DNA of 64,000 nt. Source: a virus. Taxonomy: Duplodnaviria; Heunggongvirae; Uroviricota; Caudoviricetes. Under the pieces are notes generated by a model that ran no database searches, was not told where the DNA came from, and saw only the letters and a program-made list of their open reading frames with translations. Location: the IMG/VR virus record IMGVR_UViG_3300042346_001601. One strand, given 5' to 3'. Made by a program: the position numbers and the translations under genes. Position 1 is the first letter of the stretch. Every line of letters starts with the position of its first letter. Positions 8,868 through 17,227 of this stretch are shown piece after piece.

Positions 8868-9140
8868 TCATAACAAGTTTTTTAAAGTATATTCAATAGC
8901 TGCTTCATATGCTTCTGTTGGTGAATCATAGTGTGTGTCTGTAGGTTTAAATTCAGCATTCCTCTTCTCTTTCAAATTAAAATGCTCAAAATACCAAGAC
9001 CCCATAATGTTCACATTCACTACAGTCCAAATCCCATGCTTCTCATACAACCACATTACTACGTCTGATATAGTTGACAATAATACTCCATGTTTTTTAA
9101 ACAGAATTTCAGCAATTTCAAATTTTACTGGTGTGTTCAT
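8868..9140 (-). CDS. paralog-family protein (MNTPV.FEIA...TPTEAYEAAIEYTLNNL family), short form
   Basis: Shares N-terminus MNTPVKFEIAEIL and C-terminus SPTEAYEAAIEYTLKNLL with ORFs 9137..9571, 9568..9954, 12323..12688. Confidence 0.55.
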   Translation of the reverse strand: MNTPVKFEIAEILFKKHGVLLSTISDVVMWLYEKHGIWTVVNVNIMGSWYFEHFNLKEKRNAEFKPTDTHYDSPTEAYEAAIEYTLKNLL

Positions 9141-9571
9141 ATTAAATTATTTAGCGTGTACTCAATAGCTGCTTCGTATGCTTCTGTTGGTGTTTTGAAA
9201 TTTTCTCCTGATGTAAACTCTTTTTTATCAGTATCAATAGACCAATAAAATTCTTTTTGGTCTATCCTATGTGCATAAATCCAAATCCCATGTTTCTCAT
9301 ACAACCACATCACAACTTCTGCAATGGTTGGTGCTGAGTAGTAGATTGCATTATCATCATTCGGGTATGGAATTTTTTTTAAAAGCATACCTGATTTACC
9401 ACCATTCAAGTTCCAATCCCAAATACAATCTTTATCGGATTCATATTCTGTACCTGTTGTTAAATAAAATTCTTTATCGTACTTACTTTTGCGATAAAAG
9501 TGACGACATTCCCAAGAAAATCCTTTTTCTTTTAGGAGTTTTGCAATTTCAAAATTTACTTCAGTGTTCAT
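9137..9571 (-). CDS. paralog-family protein (same family), long form
   Basis: MNTEVNFEIAKLLKEKGF...YYSAPTIAEVVMWLYEKHGIW...TPTEAYEAAIEYTLNNLI. Confidence 0.55.
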   Translation of the reverse strand: MNTEVNFEIAKLLKEKGFSWECRHFYRKSKYDKEFYLTTGTEYESDKDCIWDWNLNGGKSGMLLKKIPYPNDDNAIYYSAPTIAEVVMWLYEKHGIWIYAHRIDQKEFYWSIDTDKKEFTSGENFKTPTEAYEAAIEYTLNNLI

Positions 9572-9954
9572 ATTAAATTATTTAGCGTGTATTCAATAGC
9601 CGCTTCGTGTGCTTCTGTTGGTGAATTATAGTGTGTATCTGTAGGTTTAAATTCAGCATTCCTTTTCTTTTTCAAATCAAAATGTTCAAAATACCAAGAC
9701 CCCATAATGTTCACATTCACTACAGTCCAAATCCCATGTTTCTCATACAACCACATCACAACTTCTGCAATGGTTGGTGCTGAGTAATATCCAGCATTTC
9801 TTTTATGCATAGATGTATCTCCAATAGTATGATTATTCCAATCTCCAAGTTCAAAAGTATAAAGATTTAAAGATGAATAATAACTCCAACATGGTATATC
9901 AAACCCTTTCTCTTTTAGCAACTTTGCTATCTCAAAACTTACTGGCGTGTTCAT
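9568..9954 (-). CDS. paralog-family protein (same family)
   Basis: MNTPVSFEIAKLLKEKGF...YYSAPTIAEVVMWLYEKHGIW...SPTEAHEAAIEYTLNNLI; ~40 nt at 5' end identical to ORF 12323..12688. Confidence 0.55.
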   Translation of the reverse strand: MNTPVSFEIAKLLKEKGFDIPCWSYYSSLNLYTFELGDWNNHTIGDTSMHKRNAGYYSAPTIAEVVMWLYEKHGIWTVVNVNIMGSWYFEHFDLKKKRNAEFKPTDTHYNSPTEAHEAAIEYTLNNLI

Positions 9955-10306
9955 TGGTTAGTGCTTTAATTAGTGCATCCGCTTTCATTACTTTAATTTT
10001 TGCCTCTACAAGCATCCACCATTTCATTCTTTCTAAATCAGGAGAACGCGGAATATCTGAATCCATTAACGGCCTAACCGTGTCATAGGTATAATCATCC
10101 ACCGGCATAATAGAAGCAAAGTACTCGCGCTTGGTTAATTTGCCATGAATAAAATCGTCTGGGTGTGTTTCGTTATTGCTCATAGTGGGCAATTCAATAG
10201 GGGTTACATACTCGTCAATGTATTGCATGATGTGTTTTGCGTCTATCATTGACACCTCGCATTTTTCAGCGGCAGTTAAAAACATCTCTTTTGTGTATAG
10301 TTTCAT
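9932..10306 (-). CDS. hypothetical protein, MKLYTKE-family
   Basis: Starts MKLYTKE with conserved nucleotide leader (plus strand ttttgtgtatagtttcat) shared with 10330..10662 and 15212..15475. Confidence 0.5.
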   Translation of the reverse strand: MKLYTKEMFLTAAEKCEVSMIDAKHIMQYIDEYVTPIELPTMSNNETHPDDFIHGKLTKREYFASIMPVDDYTYDTVRPLMDSDIPRSPDLERMKWWMLVEAKIKVMKADALIKALTNEHASKF

Positions 10307-10329
10307 AGTTTGGTTTGGTTTAGGTTGGG

Positions 10330-10662
10330 TTACACGATTCTACCCTTAATCGCACCTGCATAATGTTTGACAAATTTTTCGACTTCAACTTTTAATTCGT
10401 CAAGAGTATCGGTTTTAAACTCTTTCCTCAAAATTTCATCATCAAGGAAATACACTTGGACTGTTCCTTCCCAAAAATTACCAATGTTTTTATGTGGTGG
10501 ATAAAACCTGCTGCTAATTGACAGCAAGGAGCCATCAAAGTCCAATTTAAATCCACAGTCCCATTTCCATTTTGGTTCATTGTGTATTTCCTTTTTTTCG
10601 TTTGCTTTGGCTTCCCAGAGCATTGCAAAATCCCAATCCAATTCTTTTGTGTATAGTTTCAT
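10330..10662 (-). CDS. hypothetical protein, MKLYTKE-family
   Basis: Starts MKLYTKE; identical 18-nt start region as 9932..10306. Confidence 0.5.
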   Translation of the reverse strand: MKLYTKELDWDFAMLWEAKANEKKEIHNEPKWKWDCGFKLDFDGSLLSISSRFYPPHKNIGNFWEGTVQVYFLDDEILRKEFKTDTLDELKVEVEKFVKHYAGAIKGRIV

Positions 10663-10675
10663 AGGTTAGTTTGGT

Positions 10676-10936
10676 TTAGGTTGGCATGTAATCTTCAAAG
10701 TCCTTTTTTGCTTTTTCCATTTTTTCTTTCAATCGGTTTTTTTCATCCACGATAATTGCAGACGCTTGCTCTCTTGAGATTTTAAATTCATAAATTTTCG
10801 TTCCATGGTTATAAAGCGTAATTTGAGGAGTAGTGTATTGTTGGTTTACTCCTGCAGCAAAGGATTCGTAATCAGCGACAGCCCTGTTGAGCTTATCCAT
10901 AAGCTCTCTTGCGTGGTTTAATTGATGGTGATTCAT
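10676..10936 (-). CDS. hypothetical protein
   Basis: minus-strand tiled ORF. Confidence 0.45.
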   Translation of the reverse strand: MNHHQLNHARELMDKLNRAVADYESFAAGVNQQYTTPQITLYNHGTKIYEFKISREQASAIIVDEKNRLKEKMEKAKKDFEDYMPT

Positions 10937-10949
10937 GGTTTAGTTTGGT

Positions 10950-11690
10950 TTAGTAAATGTATTTCCCTACCCATTGGGTATGACCTTCGGGGGTTGTTGT
11001 TTCCTTATGTACTTTTTTCAAAGGACAGGTAGGTATTTCTTTTCTGATAGATTCATATTGAGACTCATCAAACTTAACCCAACCGGCTTCTGTGCCATAA
11101 TAATATTCACTTGACATATAAAAATATTGTATCTCACATTCAAACGCAGTAGGTAATTCGGGTTGTGATAAAGATTCAACATAATTATCAAACCACTTAG
11201 TATATTTTGAAATAGCTTGAATCATATCCCACGCCGTAACATCTCCTGTTGGAAGTAGAGTAACTAAATTGTTTCTAATTGTAAGCATATCCTCATTGGT
11301 GTACTTGTACTTCTCTTTGGCCTTGTTGTAGCCATTTATAAAGCCAGCCTTTAAGTAACCAGTATAATTAAAAAATTCGTTTGGATCATCATCACATGAT
11401 TGACTCTGCTCGCTGTATTCTCTTTCCGCTAACTCTTCAACTTCATCTTCAAGCGGTGGTAGCAAATCCACACCTTCAAGGATTGGAAAGTCATTAAGTG
11501 GTAGATGAGCAATGATTTTTTTGAAATTAAGTCCATTTTTCCCATTATCTGAGATTACATTTTTGTTGACTCTACCGATTTTAGCATTAAACAGAGAAGT
11601 CTCACCAAGAAAACACCAATCACCCTCTTTAATCTCTGAATCATCAACCACCAACAGGTAGTCTTTTGTGTGAATTAGGTTGTGTGGCAT
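10950..11690 (-). CDS. hypothetical protein
   Basis: 246-aa ORF; no motif recognised. Confidence 0.5.
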   Translation of the reverse strand: MPHNLIHTKDYLLVVDDSEIKEGDWCFLGETSLFNAKIGRVNKNVISDNGKNGLNFKKIIAHLPLNDFPILEGVDLLPPLEDEVEELAEREYSEQSQSCDDDPNEFFNYTGYLKAGFINGYNKAKEKYKYTNEDMLTIRNNLVTLLPTGDVTAWDMIQAISKYTKWFDNYVESLSQPELPTAFECEIQYFYMSSEYYYGTEAGWVKFDESQYESIRKEIPTCPLKKVHKETTTPEGHTQWVGKYIY

Positions 11691-11714
11691 AACTTTTATT
11701 TTTTTATTTATGAT

Positions 11715-11725
11715 GTAAATATACG
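11715..11725 (-). promoter_or_regulatory. putative promoter element (sense CGTATATTTAC) ~25 nt upstream of ORF 10950..11690
   Basis: member of recurrent CGTATATTT(G/A) motif family, Bacteroidetes -7 like (TAnnTTTG). Confidence 0.3.
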
Positions 11726-11738
11726 AAAATTATTTCAA

Positions 11739-12326
11739 TCATCCAAATTGTTTGAAACAACTTATCAAATTTTCTGTTAATCCATCCCAATCTCTTTCCT
11801 CAATTATTTTATAATCAAATTCATTCCTTTCGATAGATTGGTTCTCTAAAACACCCAAAATACGTTCTTTAAGGGAAATTGAAGGAAGTACTTTGAACTC
11901 ATGCTCAAATTTTTGATAAAATGGTTCGGAGGGTATGATTACTTCTATCGTTAATATTTGTTTCTCTTTTACAATTTCAATTAACTTCCTAAGACAAGCA
12001 AGTTCTGCTTCTTCGTGACTTTGGAAACCAAAACCTTTTGTCCAATTTATTTGGTAATAATAGAATGCAAACTCTTTGTCTTCGTCATCTTTAAATCCGA
12101 CATGAGAATTTATTTTATACTTCTCTCTAATCCACCTAAATGCTTGTGAGAATGTTGGTGCGGGGTAATAATATTCTCTATTGAATTGTTCTCCATCATT
12201 CAAATACCCAATCCATAATTTTAATGTTTCCATATCATAACTACCAAAACAAGGTTCATCAAACCCAAGTTCTTTAAGTGCTAATGCTTCTTCGTAGGGG
12301 ACAAATTCTTTTTTTAATGTGTTCAT
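11739..12326 (-). CDS. hypothetical protein, distant relative of the MNTPV paralog family
   Basis: Contains YYYPAPTFSQAFRWIREKYKI resembling YYSAPTIAEVVMWLYEKHGIW of the family. Confidence 0.5.
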   Translation of the reverse strand: MNTLKKEFVPYEEALALKELGFDEPCFGSYDMETLKLWIGYLNDGEQFNREYYYPAPTFSQAFRWIREKYKINSHVGFKDDEDKEFAFYYYQINWTKGFGFQSHEEAELACLRKLIEIVKEKQILTIEVIIPSEPFYQKFEHEFKVLPSISLKERILGVLENQSIERNEFDYKIIEERDWDGLTENLISCFKQFG

Positions 12327-12688
12327 AACAAGTTTTTTAAAGTGTATTCAATAGCTGCTTCGTATGCTTCTGCTGGTGAATTAAATGGATTGATATTGAG
12401 TTGTACTATTGAATTTGTTGATCTGGATTTTTGACTTTGGATTGTAAATTGAAATTTTGAAACATTACCTAAATGTGAATACAATCCTCCATTAATCCAA
12501 ATCCCATGCTTCTCATACAACCACATCACTACTTCTACAATGGTTGGTGCTGGATAATTATTACCTCTATGATTTTCAGTCAATTCTCTTGTGTCTGGGA
12601 AATAAAATTTTTGATTATCGCCAAAATCTAATTTATATCCCTTTTCTTTTAGCAACTTTGCTATCTCAAAACTTACTGGCGTGTTCAT
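12323..12688 (-). CDS. paralog-family protein (MNTPV...AYEAAIEYTL family)
   Basis: MNTPVSFEIAKLLKEKGY...NYPAPTIVEVVMWLYEKHGIW...SPAEAYEAAIEYTLKNLL. Confidence 0.55.
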   Translation of the reverse strand: MNTPVSFEIAKLLKEKGYKLDFGDNQKFYFPDTRELTENHRGNNYPAPTIVEVVMWLYEKHGIWINGGLYSHLGNVSKFQFTIQSQKSRSTNSIVQLNINPFNSPAEAYEAAIEYTLKNLL

Positions 12689-12912
12689 TTTATATTTGTT
12701 AATGGATAAGCGTTTAAAACGGCCTCTTCAACTTCATCATAAGTTGCAATATCAGTACTAGAACCTAAACAGGGTATACTTTCAAGAGAAGCTTTTAAAG
12801 CGGCTTCAACATGAAGTTTGGCAAATTCAATCATTGCTGTTTTAACATCTTTATGATTGATAATACAACCTGTTACTTTAGTGTATGTTTCTTCTGCTGT
12901 TGGTATTTTCAT
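12685..12912 (-). CDS. hypothetical protein
   Basis: minus-strand tiled ORF preceded by conserved leader motif. Confidence 0.45.
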   Translation of the reverse strand: MKIPTAEETYTKVTGCIINHKDVKTAMIEFAKLHVEAALKASLESIPCLGSSTDIATYDEVEEAVLNAYPLTNIK

Positions 12913-12914
12913 TT

Positions 12915-13199
12915 TTATTTGGTGTTAAAGGTTTCGTTTTTTATTGTGTCTAAAACTGCTAAGACACCATCCAAGTAGATTATGTCTCTAAAAGATGATG
13001 AATTGGTTTTTGCTTCTTCAAATTTGTCAATTGCTTTTTGGATTTTAACATTCATCTCATTATTATGCATCTCTTTTGCTTGATTAAATAAGTCAACACG
13101 GGTAACACCATATTGGCCAAGTGTTATTTCCTTGTTTTCAAATCGAATTAGCAGGTCCCAGACTTGGCGTTCATACCACTCTATACTACTTTGTTTCAT
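12915..13199 (-). CDS. hypothetical protein
   Basis: minus-strand tiled ORF. Confidence 0.45.
   Translation of the reverse strand: MKQSSIEWYERQVWDLLIRFENKEITLGQYGVTRVDLFNQAKEMHNNEMNVKIQKAIDKFEEAKTNSSSFRDIIYLDGVLAVLDTIKNETFNTK
12917..12932 (-). promoter_or_regulatory. conserved leader motif (sense CCTTTAACACCAAAT) directly upstream of start codon
   Basis: plus-strand atttggtgttaaagg immediately 3' of cat(12910-12912); repeated at 13444-13459, 13670-13684, 13888-13901. Confidence 0.35.
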
Positions 13200-13438
13200 T
13201 TACTGTCAATTTTAAGATTTTCAATTTCGTGCTTTACTTGCATAAGATATGGGCTTAGTGTTAATTCGGCAATATCTTTTGCAATACCCATAGAGTGAAG
13301 TGCTGAAGCATATACCTCCATCATCTCATCAATTGCAATTAATGAACATTTTTTAGCATTATCTTCGGGATATGGTCCATCTGCGACCAGCTGATAATAT
13401 TTGTAGTAAAGTTCTTCTGATTTTTCTTTAGGTGTCAT
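13196..13438 (-). CDS. hypothetical protein
   Basis: minus-strand tiled ORF preceded by conserved leader motif. Confidence 0.45.
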   Translation of the reverse strand: MTPKEKSEELYYKYYQLVADGPYPEDNAKKCSLIAIDEMMEVYASALHSMGIAKDIAELTLSPYLMQVKHEIENLKIDSK

Positions 13439-13665
13439 TTCTCTTTGGTGTTAAATGGTTGATTTCTGATTTCAGACTCAAGTTTCATCATATCAATAAA
13501 ACATTGTCTTAGATGTGAATACATTCGTCCAAGTTCAAACCCATATACAATATCGTCCCTTTCACCACTACATAAGTCTAGAACTAATTGGGCATTGAAT
13601 TCAAACATTTTCTTGAAGTGTTCAAGTTTTTCTATTTGTTCTTGAGTAATAAGATATTCTTTCAT
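13435..13665 (-). CDS. hypothetical protein
   Basis: minus-strand tiled ORF preceded by conserved leader motif. Confidence 0.45.
   Translation of the reverse strand: MKEYLITQEQIEKLEHFKKMFEFNAQLVLDLCSGERDDIVYGFELGRMYSHLRQCFIDMMKLESEIRNQPFNTKEK
13444..13459 (-). promoter_or_regulatory. conserved leader motif copy 2
   Basis: plus-strand ctttggtgttaaatgg right after start codon of 13196..13438. Confidence 0.35.
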
Positions 13666-13669
13666 GTTT

Positions 13670-13684
13670 ATTTGGTGTTAAAGG
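13670..13684 (-). promoter_or_regulatory. conserved leader motif copy 3
   Basis: plus-strand atttggtgttaaagg right after start codon of 13435..13665. Confidence 0.35.
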
Positions 13685-13690
13685 TTTGAT

Positions 13691-13882
13691 TTATCCCCAT
13701 CCTATTAGTTTGCTAACTTCGCTGGGATTGGGGTGTTTATGCTTCTTTTCACGCATCACTTCGAGATAGTATTTTCCACATTCTCCCATAAACATAGGGT
13801 CTCCAGCTGAAGCAAATCTATATGTGCTAAGAAGTTGTTCATAGTTAGCAGAATCAATCCACTCTTTTTGTTCTTGTGTCAT
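13691..13882 (-). CDS. hypothetical protein
   Basis: minus-strand tiled ORF preceded by conserved leader motif. Confidence 0.4.
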   Translation of the reverse strand: MTQEQKEWIDSANYEQLLSTYRFASAGDPMFMGECGKYYLEVMREKKHKHPNPSEVSKLIGWG

Positions 13883-13887
13883 TTCTA

Positions 13888-13901
13888 TTTGGTGTTAAAA
13901 T
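13888..13901 (-). promoter_or_regulatory. conserved leader motif copy 4
   Basis: plus-strand atttggtgttaaaa right after start codon of 13691..13882. Confidence 0.35.
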
Positions 13902-14540
13902 TTAGTAAGCTTCAGCGTAGATTTCCATATTTCGAAAGTCTGAATAATAACCATCAGTCCAACTTACTCTACGATTGCCACATTGGCACCGGTGGTATTG
14001 TGGATTCCAACCATCACATTCATCTTCACAGTTCTGACCTGAAAAGCCAATGTAACCATCGCCGATTTCAACTTTACGTTTCTCAACTTCTTTTTGGAAT
14101 GCAATATCGTTGGCGATTGAGATTGCAGTTTCTACCGAAAGACCATCACCAAAGGTTCGTCCATTGACCAAACAAAAGGCGATAGCTTCATTGACCAAAT
14201 TAGATTTTTCAGCTTCTCGTTGTTTTAGGAGCTCTGCTTGTTTCTCTTTCTCTTCCTTTTCTTTCACCATTCTCTCACGCATTTCGTAAGTGGATTTGGT
14301 GTTGTAGTAGGAACGAGCCGCTGATTGCAGACGGTCATAAACCTCATTTGGAGTTTTCAACTTTTCCAACTTAGCTTTACTTAAACCAAAGGTACGGCCC
14401 GGAAATTCTTTATTAGCGTTCTTCAATAGTTCGTTGAATTGATTTAGATATTCCTTAGCTTTATCTTCATAAGCTTTAGACAATTCCAAATTTTCTTCTT
14501 TAGTTAGGGTTTCTTTAATTTGATAATACATAACTCTCAT
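13902..14540 (-). CDS. hypothetical protein with coiled-coil middle and Cys-rich C-terminus
   Basis: 212 aa; KEKEEKEKQAELLKQREAEK charged helix; C-terminal CEDECDGWNPQYHRCQCGNRR. Confidence 0.5.
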   Translation of the reverse strand: MRVMYYQIKETLTKEENLELSKAYEDKAKEYLNQFNELLKNANKEFPGRTFGLSKAKLEKLKTPNEVYDRLQSAARSYYNTKSTYEMRERMVKEKEEKEKQAELLKQREAEKSNLVNEAIAFCLVNGRTFGDGLSVETAISIANDIAFQKEVEKRKVEIGDGYIGFSGQNCEDECDGWNPQYHRCQCGNRRVSWTDGYYSDFRNMEIYAEAY

Positions 14541-14745
14541 TTTTTAATTACAAAGTAAAGATAAGTTATTTTTTAATTCCACCCAAACTTTCTATATTAA
14601 TTTTGTGTTAAATTTTTCTATTTTAATTGCTCTTCCACCACAGGATGTAATCATTTTATCACACCAAAATGGTAAAGTAACCCAATTGTAAATAAGATAA
14701 TAAGTCCCACCTTTCCATTTACGATACCATCTATACTGCATTAAT

Positions 14746-14979
14746 TCAAATTTCATTTGCTATACAATTAAAAGTTTCGTTGTAATATTGCTCGTAGGAT
14801 TCCCATTTTTCTTTTTGAACTGCATCAATAGCGCTGTTCCAAGTTTCAGCGTGTTCCTCTTTGTGCATCTCATGGGACTGTACAAATATCCCAATTGTTT
14901 GCATGATTTGCTGGTGTGTTAATATGGTCTCTAATGCCTGTTGTAACCATAAAATACTACTTTGTTTGGTGTTGTTCAT
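14746..14979 (-). CDS. hypothetical protein
   Basis: minus-strand tiled ORF. Confidence 0.4.
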   Translation of the reverse strand: MNNTKQSSILWLQQALETILTHQQIMQTIGIFVQSHEMHKEEHAETWNSAIDAVQKEKWESYEQYYNETFNCIANEI

Positions 14980-15215
14980 TGTTGTTTTAATTTCATTTTA
15001 TGCCCGAAATAAATAAATTCCGTTATGTTATTATCGGGACTAAATATATTCACACCGTCAAATGGTGGTTGTAAATAATGATTAGCTAATTCGTTGAAAA
15101 AAATTTGTAACTCTTGGCTATCAAATTCAAATGTTAAATTTTCCGGAATATCAATTCCAGCCGACTTTAATTGATTGATGAATTTTATCAATGCACTTTC
15201 CGAATCAACCCTCAT
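14976..15215 (-). CDS. hypothetical protein
   Basis: minus-strand tiled ORF, ATGA overlap. Confidence 0.4.
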   Translation of the reverse strand: MRVDSESALIKFINQLKSAGIDIPENLTFEFDSQELQIFFNELANHYLQPPFDGVNIFSPDNNITEFIYFGHKMKLKQQ

Positions 15216-15475
15216 TTGTTACCTCCTTGTATTTGATCACGCATCCATTTCGCTCCCTCAATAAAACTACCAAGGTTATCTCCTGCTGTATCATCATTGT
15301 TTGACCATTTCATTGAGTTTTTATCAAATACCCAATTACTTGCATTGTGATATATCTCATCCTCATTTGGTAGTTCGATGGGTTTAAGTGTAACCATTAA
15401 TAAATATGCTAGCTCAGGGTTAGCTTTTGCTTGAGCAATTGCAATACTCATTTGTTCTTCTGTGTATAGTTTCAT
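15212..15475 (-). CDS. hypothetical protein, MKLYTKE-family (start moved to internal Met)
   Basis: Internal MKLYTEEQ with the same conserved nucleotide leader as 9932..10306; the start at 15475 creates an ATGA overlap with the stop of upstream ORF 15472..15753. Confidence 0.45.
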   Translation of the reverse strand: MKLYTEEQMSIAIAQAKANPELAYLLMVTLKPIELPNEDEIYHNASNWVFDKNSMKWSNNDDTAGDNLGSFIEGAKWMRDQIQGGNK

Positions 15476-15753
15476 AGATTTTGTTTTATCTTTTGATCCC
15501 AAAAAAATCTTAAACATCCCCAGTAAATAAGCACCAAACATTGCCACTTGGGTACCCATCCGGCCATGGGGGATTCAGTTTTCCACAAAAAATAGGTGTG
15601 GATGTTTTCAGAGTCATTCCAATGTCTCTCAGAGGGTGCAAATTCAATGAGAACAGTGGACCACCTTGCTCTAAAATAAAAATAGTGGTTTAAAAATTCT
15701 CCCTCTGCCTGGATAGGACACTGACCGGAGGGTTTGTAGAGCCATTTTATCAT
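15472..15753 (-). CDS. hypothetical protein
   Basis: minus-strand tiled ORF. Confidence 0.4.
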   Translation of the reverse strand: MIKWLYKPSGQCPIQAEGEFLNHYFYFRARWSTVLIEFAPSERHWNDSENIHTYFLWKTESPMAGWVPKWQCLVLIYWGCLRFFWDQKIKQNL

Positions 15754-15818
15754 TTTTTTTGGATATGCCGGACGTAGTTAAGATTTCCAAATTATTCGCA
15801 GTACTTTGACAAGATCTA

Positions 15819-16178
15819 TCAAATCTTTTTCCTCCGTGATAGACATATCTTCTCCTTCAAAAGGAAATCCGGATTTTTAGCAACGCACTCCCAGAATTCT
15901 TGCTCGGTCATCAGACGAGTGCAATTGTTGACTGGATCATCGACGTGGAGTGAATAGTCTACCTCTTCCATCCCTCCGGCCACGCGAACATACTCTTGAT
16001 ACAGGTTTTCGGAGGGTGTAACGGGCTCGTGGTCATTTAATAGATCTACTTCTAGACCTTCACTGAATAGATCTAGACCTTTATAATCAGGGTTGTTCTC
16101 GTGCATGTAGGTTATGCCTTTTACCCAGAGTAGGGTAATCACCACGGCAGCAATAAAAATTATCAGAAAAGGAGACAT
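15819..16178 (-). CDS. hypothetical membrane-anchored protein
   Basis: N-terminal TM helix MSPFLIIFIAAVVITLLWV. Confidence 0.45.
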   Translation of the reverse strand: MSPFLIIFIAAVVITLLWVKGITYMHENNPDYKGLDLFSEGLEVDLLNDHEPVTPSENLYQEYVRVAGGMEEVDYSLHVDDPVNNCTRLMTEQEFWECVAKNPDFLLKEKICLSRRKKI

Positions 16179-16197
16179 GAAAAAATGTTTTAATTTG

Positions 16198-16437
16198 TTA
16201 TAAACTGTCAGGAGGGATAAATTTATTTTTCTTCAAATGTATTAAATAATTTTCAGATTCCTCCAAAGAACTTAAAGAAGTCAAGTAAATTTTTATATCA
16301 TCTCTTAAAAGAGAACACCTGTACTCTTTTTCAAAATGAGTGCTGGTAGAATTGTGGTAGGTGTCGGTAAGAATTAGAATCTCTCCCATGACTCCATCTT
16401 CTAAATCAAGATATCTAACGTTTTCTTCTTTCTCCAC
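16198..16437 (-). CDS. hypothetical protein
   Basis: minus-strand tiled ORF. Confidence 0.4.
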   Translation of the reverse strand: MEKEENVRYLDLEDGVMGEILILTDTYHNSTSTHFEKEYRCSLLRDDIKIYLTSLSSLEESENYLIHLKKNKFIPPDSL

Positions 16438-16438
16438 T

Positions 16439-16723
16439 TTAGGAATTTAGAGCAATGTAGGTGGGTCCTTGACCAGGATAAGTTTGGGCCGGAGCATCTT
16501 CCACAACCTCGACTATTTTCCAATTTTTGTTCATCTCTTCTAAAAGTGATCTGTGAAATTTTTTCGTTTCCGGGGGTGAATCTAGATCTTCTAACAGAAT
16601 AGAACACTTGGTGATTTCTGCAACCCTTATCTTCTTTAAATTAGAAGGAAATCCGGCAGCGTCTTTCAGATCCACCAATCTGCCGATAATGTAGATCTTG
16701 TTGAGATTGAACTGATTAGTCAT
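16439..16723 (-). CDS. hypothetical protein
   Basis: minus-strand tiled ORF, 8-nt overlap with rpiB stop. Confidence 0.4.
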   Translation of the reverse strand: MTNQFNLNKIYIIGRLVDLKDAAGFPSNLKKIRVAEITKCSILLEDLDSPPETKKFHRSLLEEMNKNWKIVEVVEDAPAQTYPGQGPTYIALNS

Positions 16724-17156
16724 TGAAAATAGGAATTAAATTAACTCTTTGTTCGTGTCTTCCCCCTTCGAAGGGAGTTTCTAAGAAGGTCTTTACTATT
16801 TTCCAGGCCTCGCTGGAGGAGATAAACCTGGCAGGTAGACATAAAATGTTGGCGTCGTTGTGGCTTCTGGCCAGTCTAGAAACTTCCTCGTTCCAACACA
16901 AAGCTGCTCTGGACCTATTCCACTTATTAGCAGCCATGGTCATTCCGTTGCCCGAACCACAAATTAGAATTCCAATGTTGTTATAAAGGGTTCCTGACAG
17001 TGAATGAGCGATGTTTGGATAGTCTACTGACTCTTCAGAATGGGTACCGAAATCTCTGACCGTGAATTCGTTTTCTTGAAGCTTGTCGATGATAAAACTT
17101 TTGAGCTCATAGCCTGCATGATCCGAGCCAATGTAAATTGTTTTTTTATTTGTCAC
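16716..17156 (-). CDS. rpiB: ribose-5-phosphate isomerase B (RpiB/LacAB family)
   Basis: IYIGSDHAGYELK...DFGTHSEESVDYPNIA...GILICGSGNGMTMAANK...RAALCWN...ARSHNDANILCL...PFEGGRHEQRV closely matches RpiB family signature. Confidence 0.85.
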   Translation of the reverse strand: MTNKKTIYIGSDHAGYELKSFIIDKLQENEFTVRDFGTHSEESVDYPNIAHSLSGTLYNNIGILICGSGNGMTMAANKWNRSRAALCWNEEVSRLARSHNDANILCLPARFISSSEAWKIVKTFLETPFEGGRHEQRVNLIPIFND

Positions 17157-17227
17157 GTGGGATTTATTTTTTATGAATTTGAATAAGGTATTTATCTTAT
17201 AGGAGAAATATTCTGATTATTTCTTAC

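Noticed and set aside
10428-10628. Nested same-strand ORFs (10428..10628, 4372..4566, 28021..28203, 28583..28795, 28979..29161, 38799..39038, 40079..40291, 46046..46252, 51284..51481, 54704..54898, 22261..22452, 22585..22896)
   Set aside because: Alternative-frame ORFs inside better-supported genes (e.g. inside GIY-YIG, RNA ligase, GT2); no independent evidence
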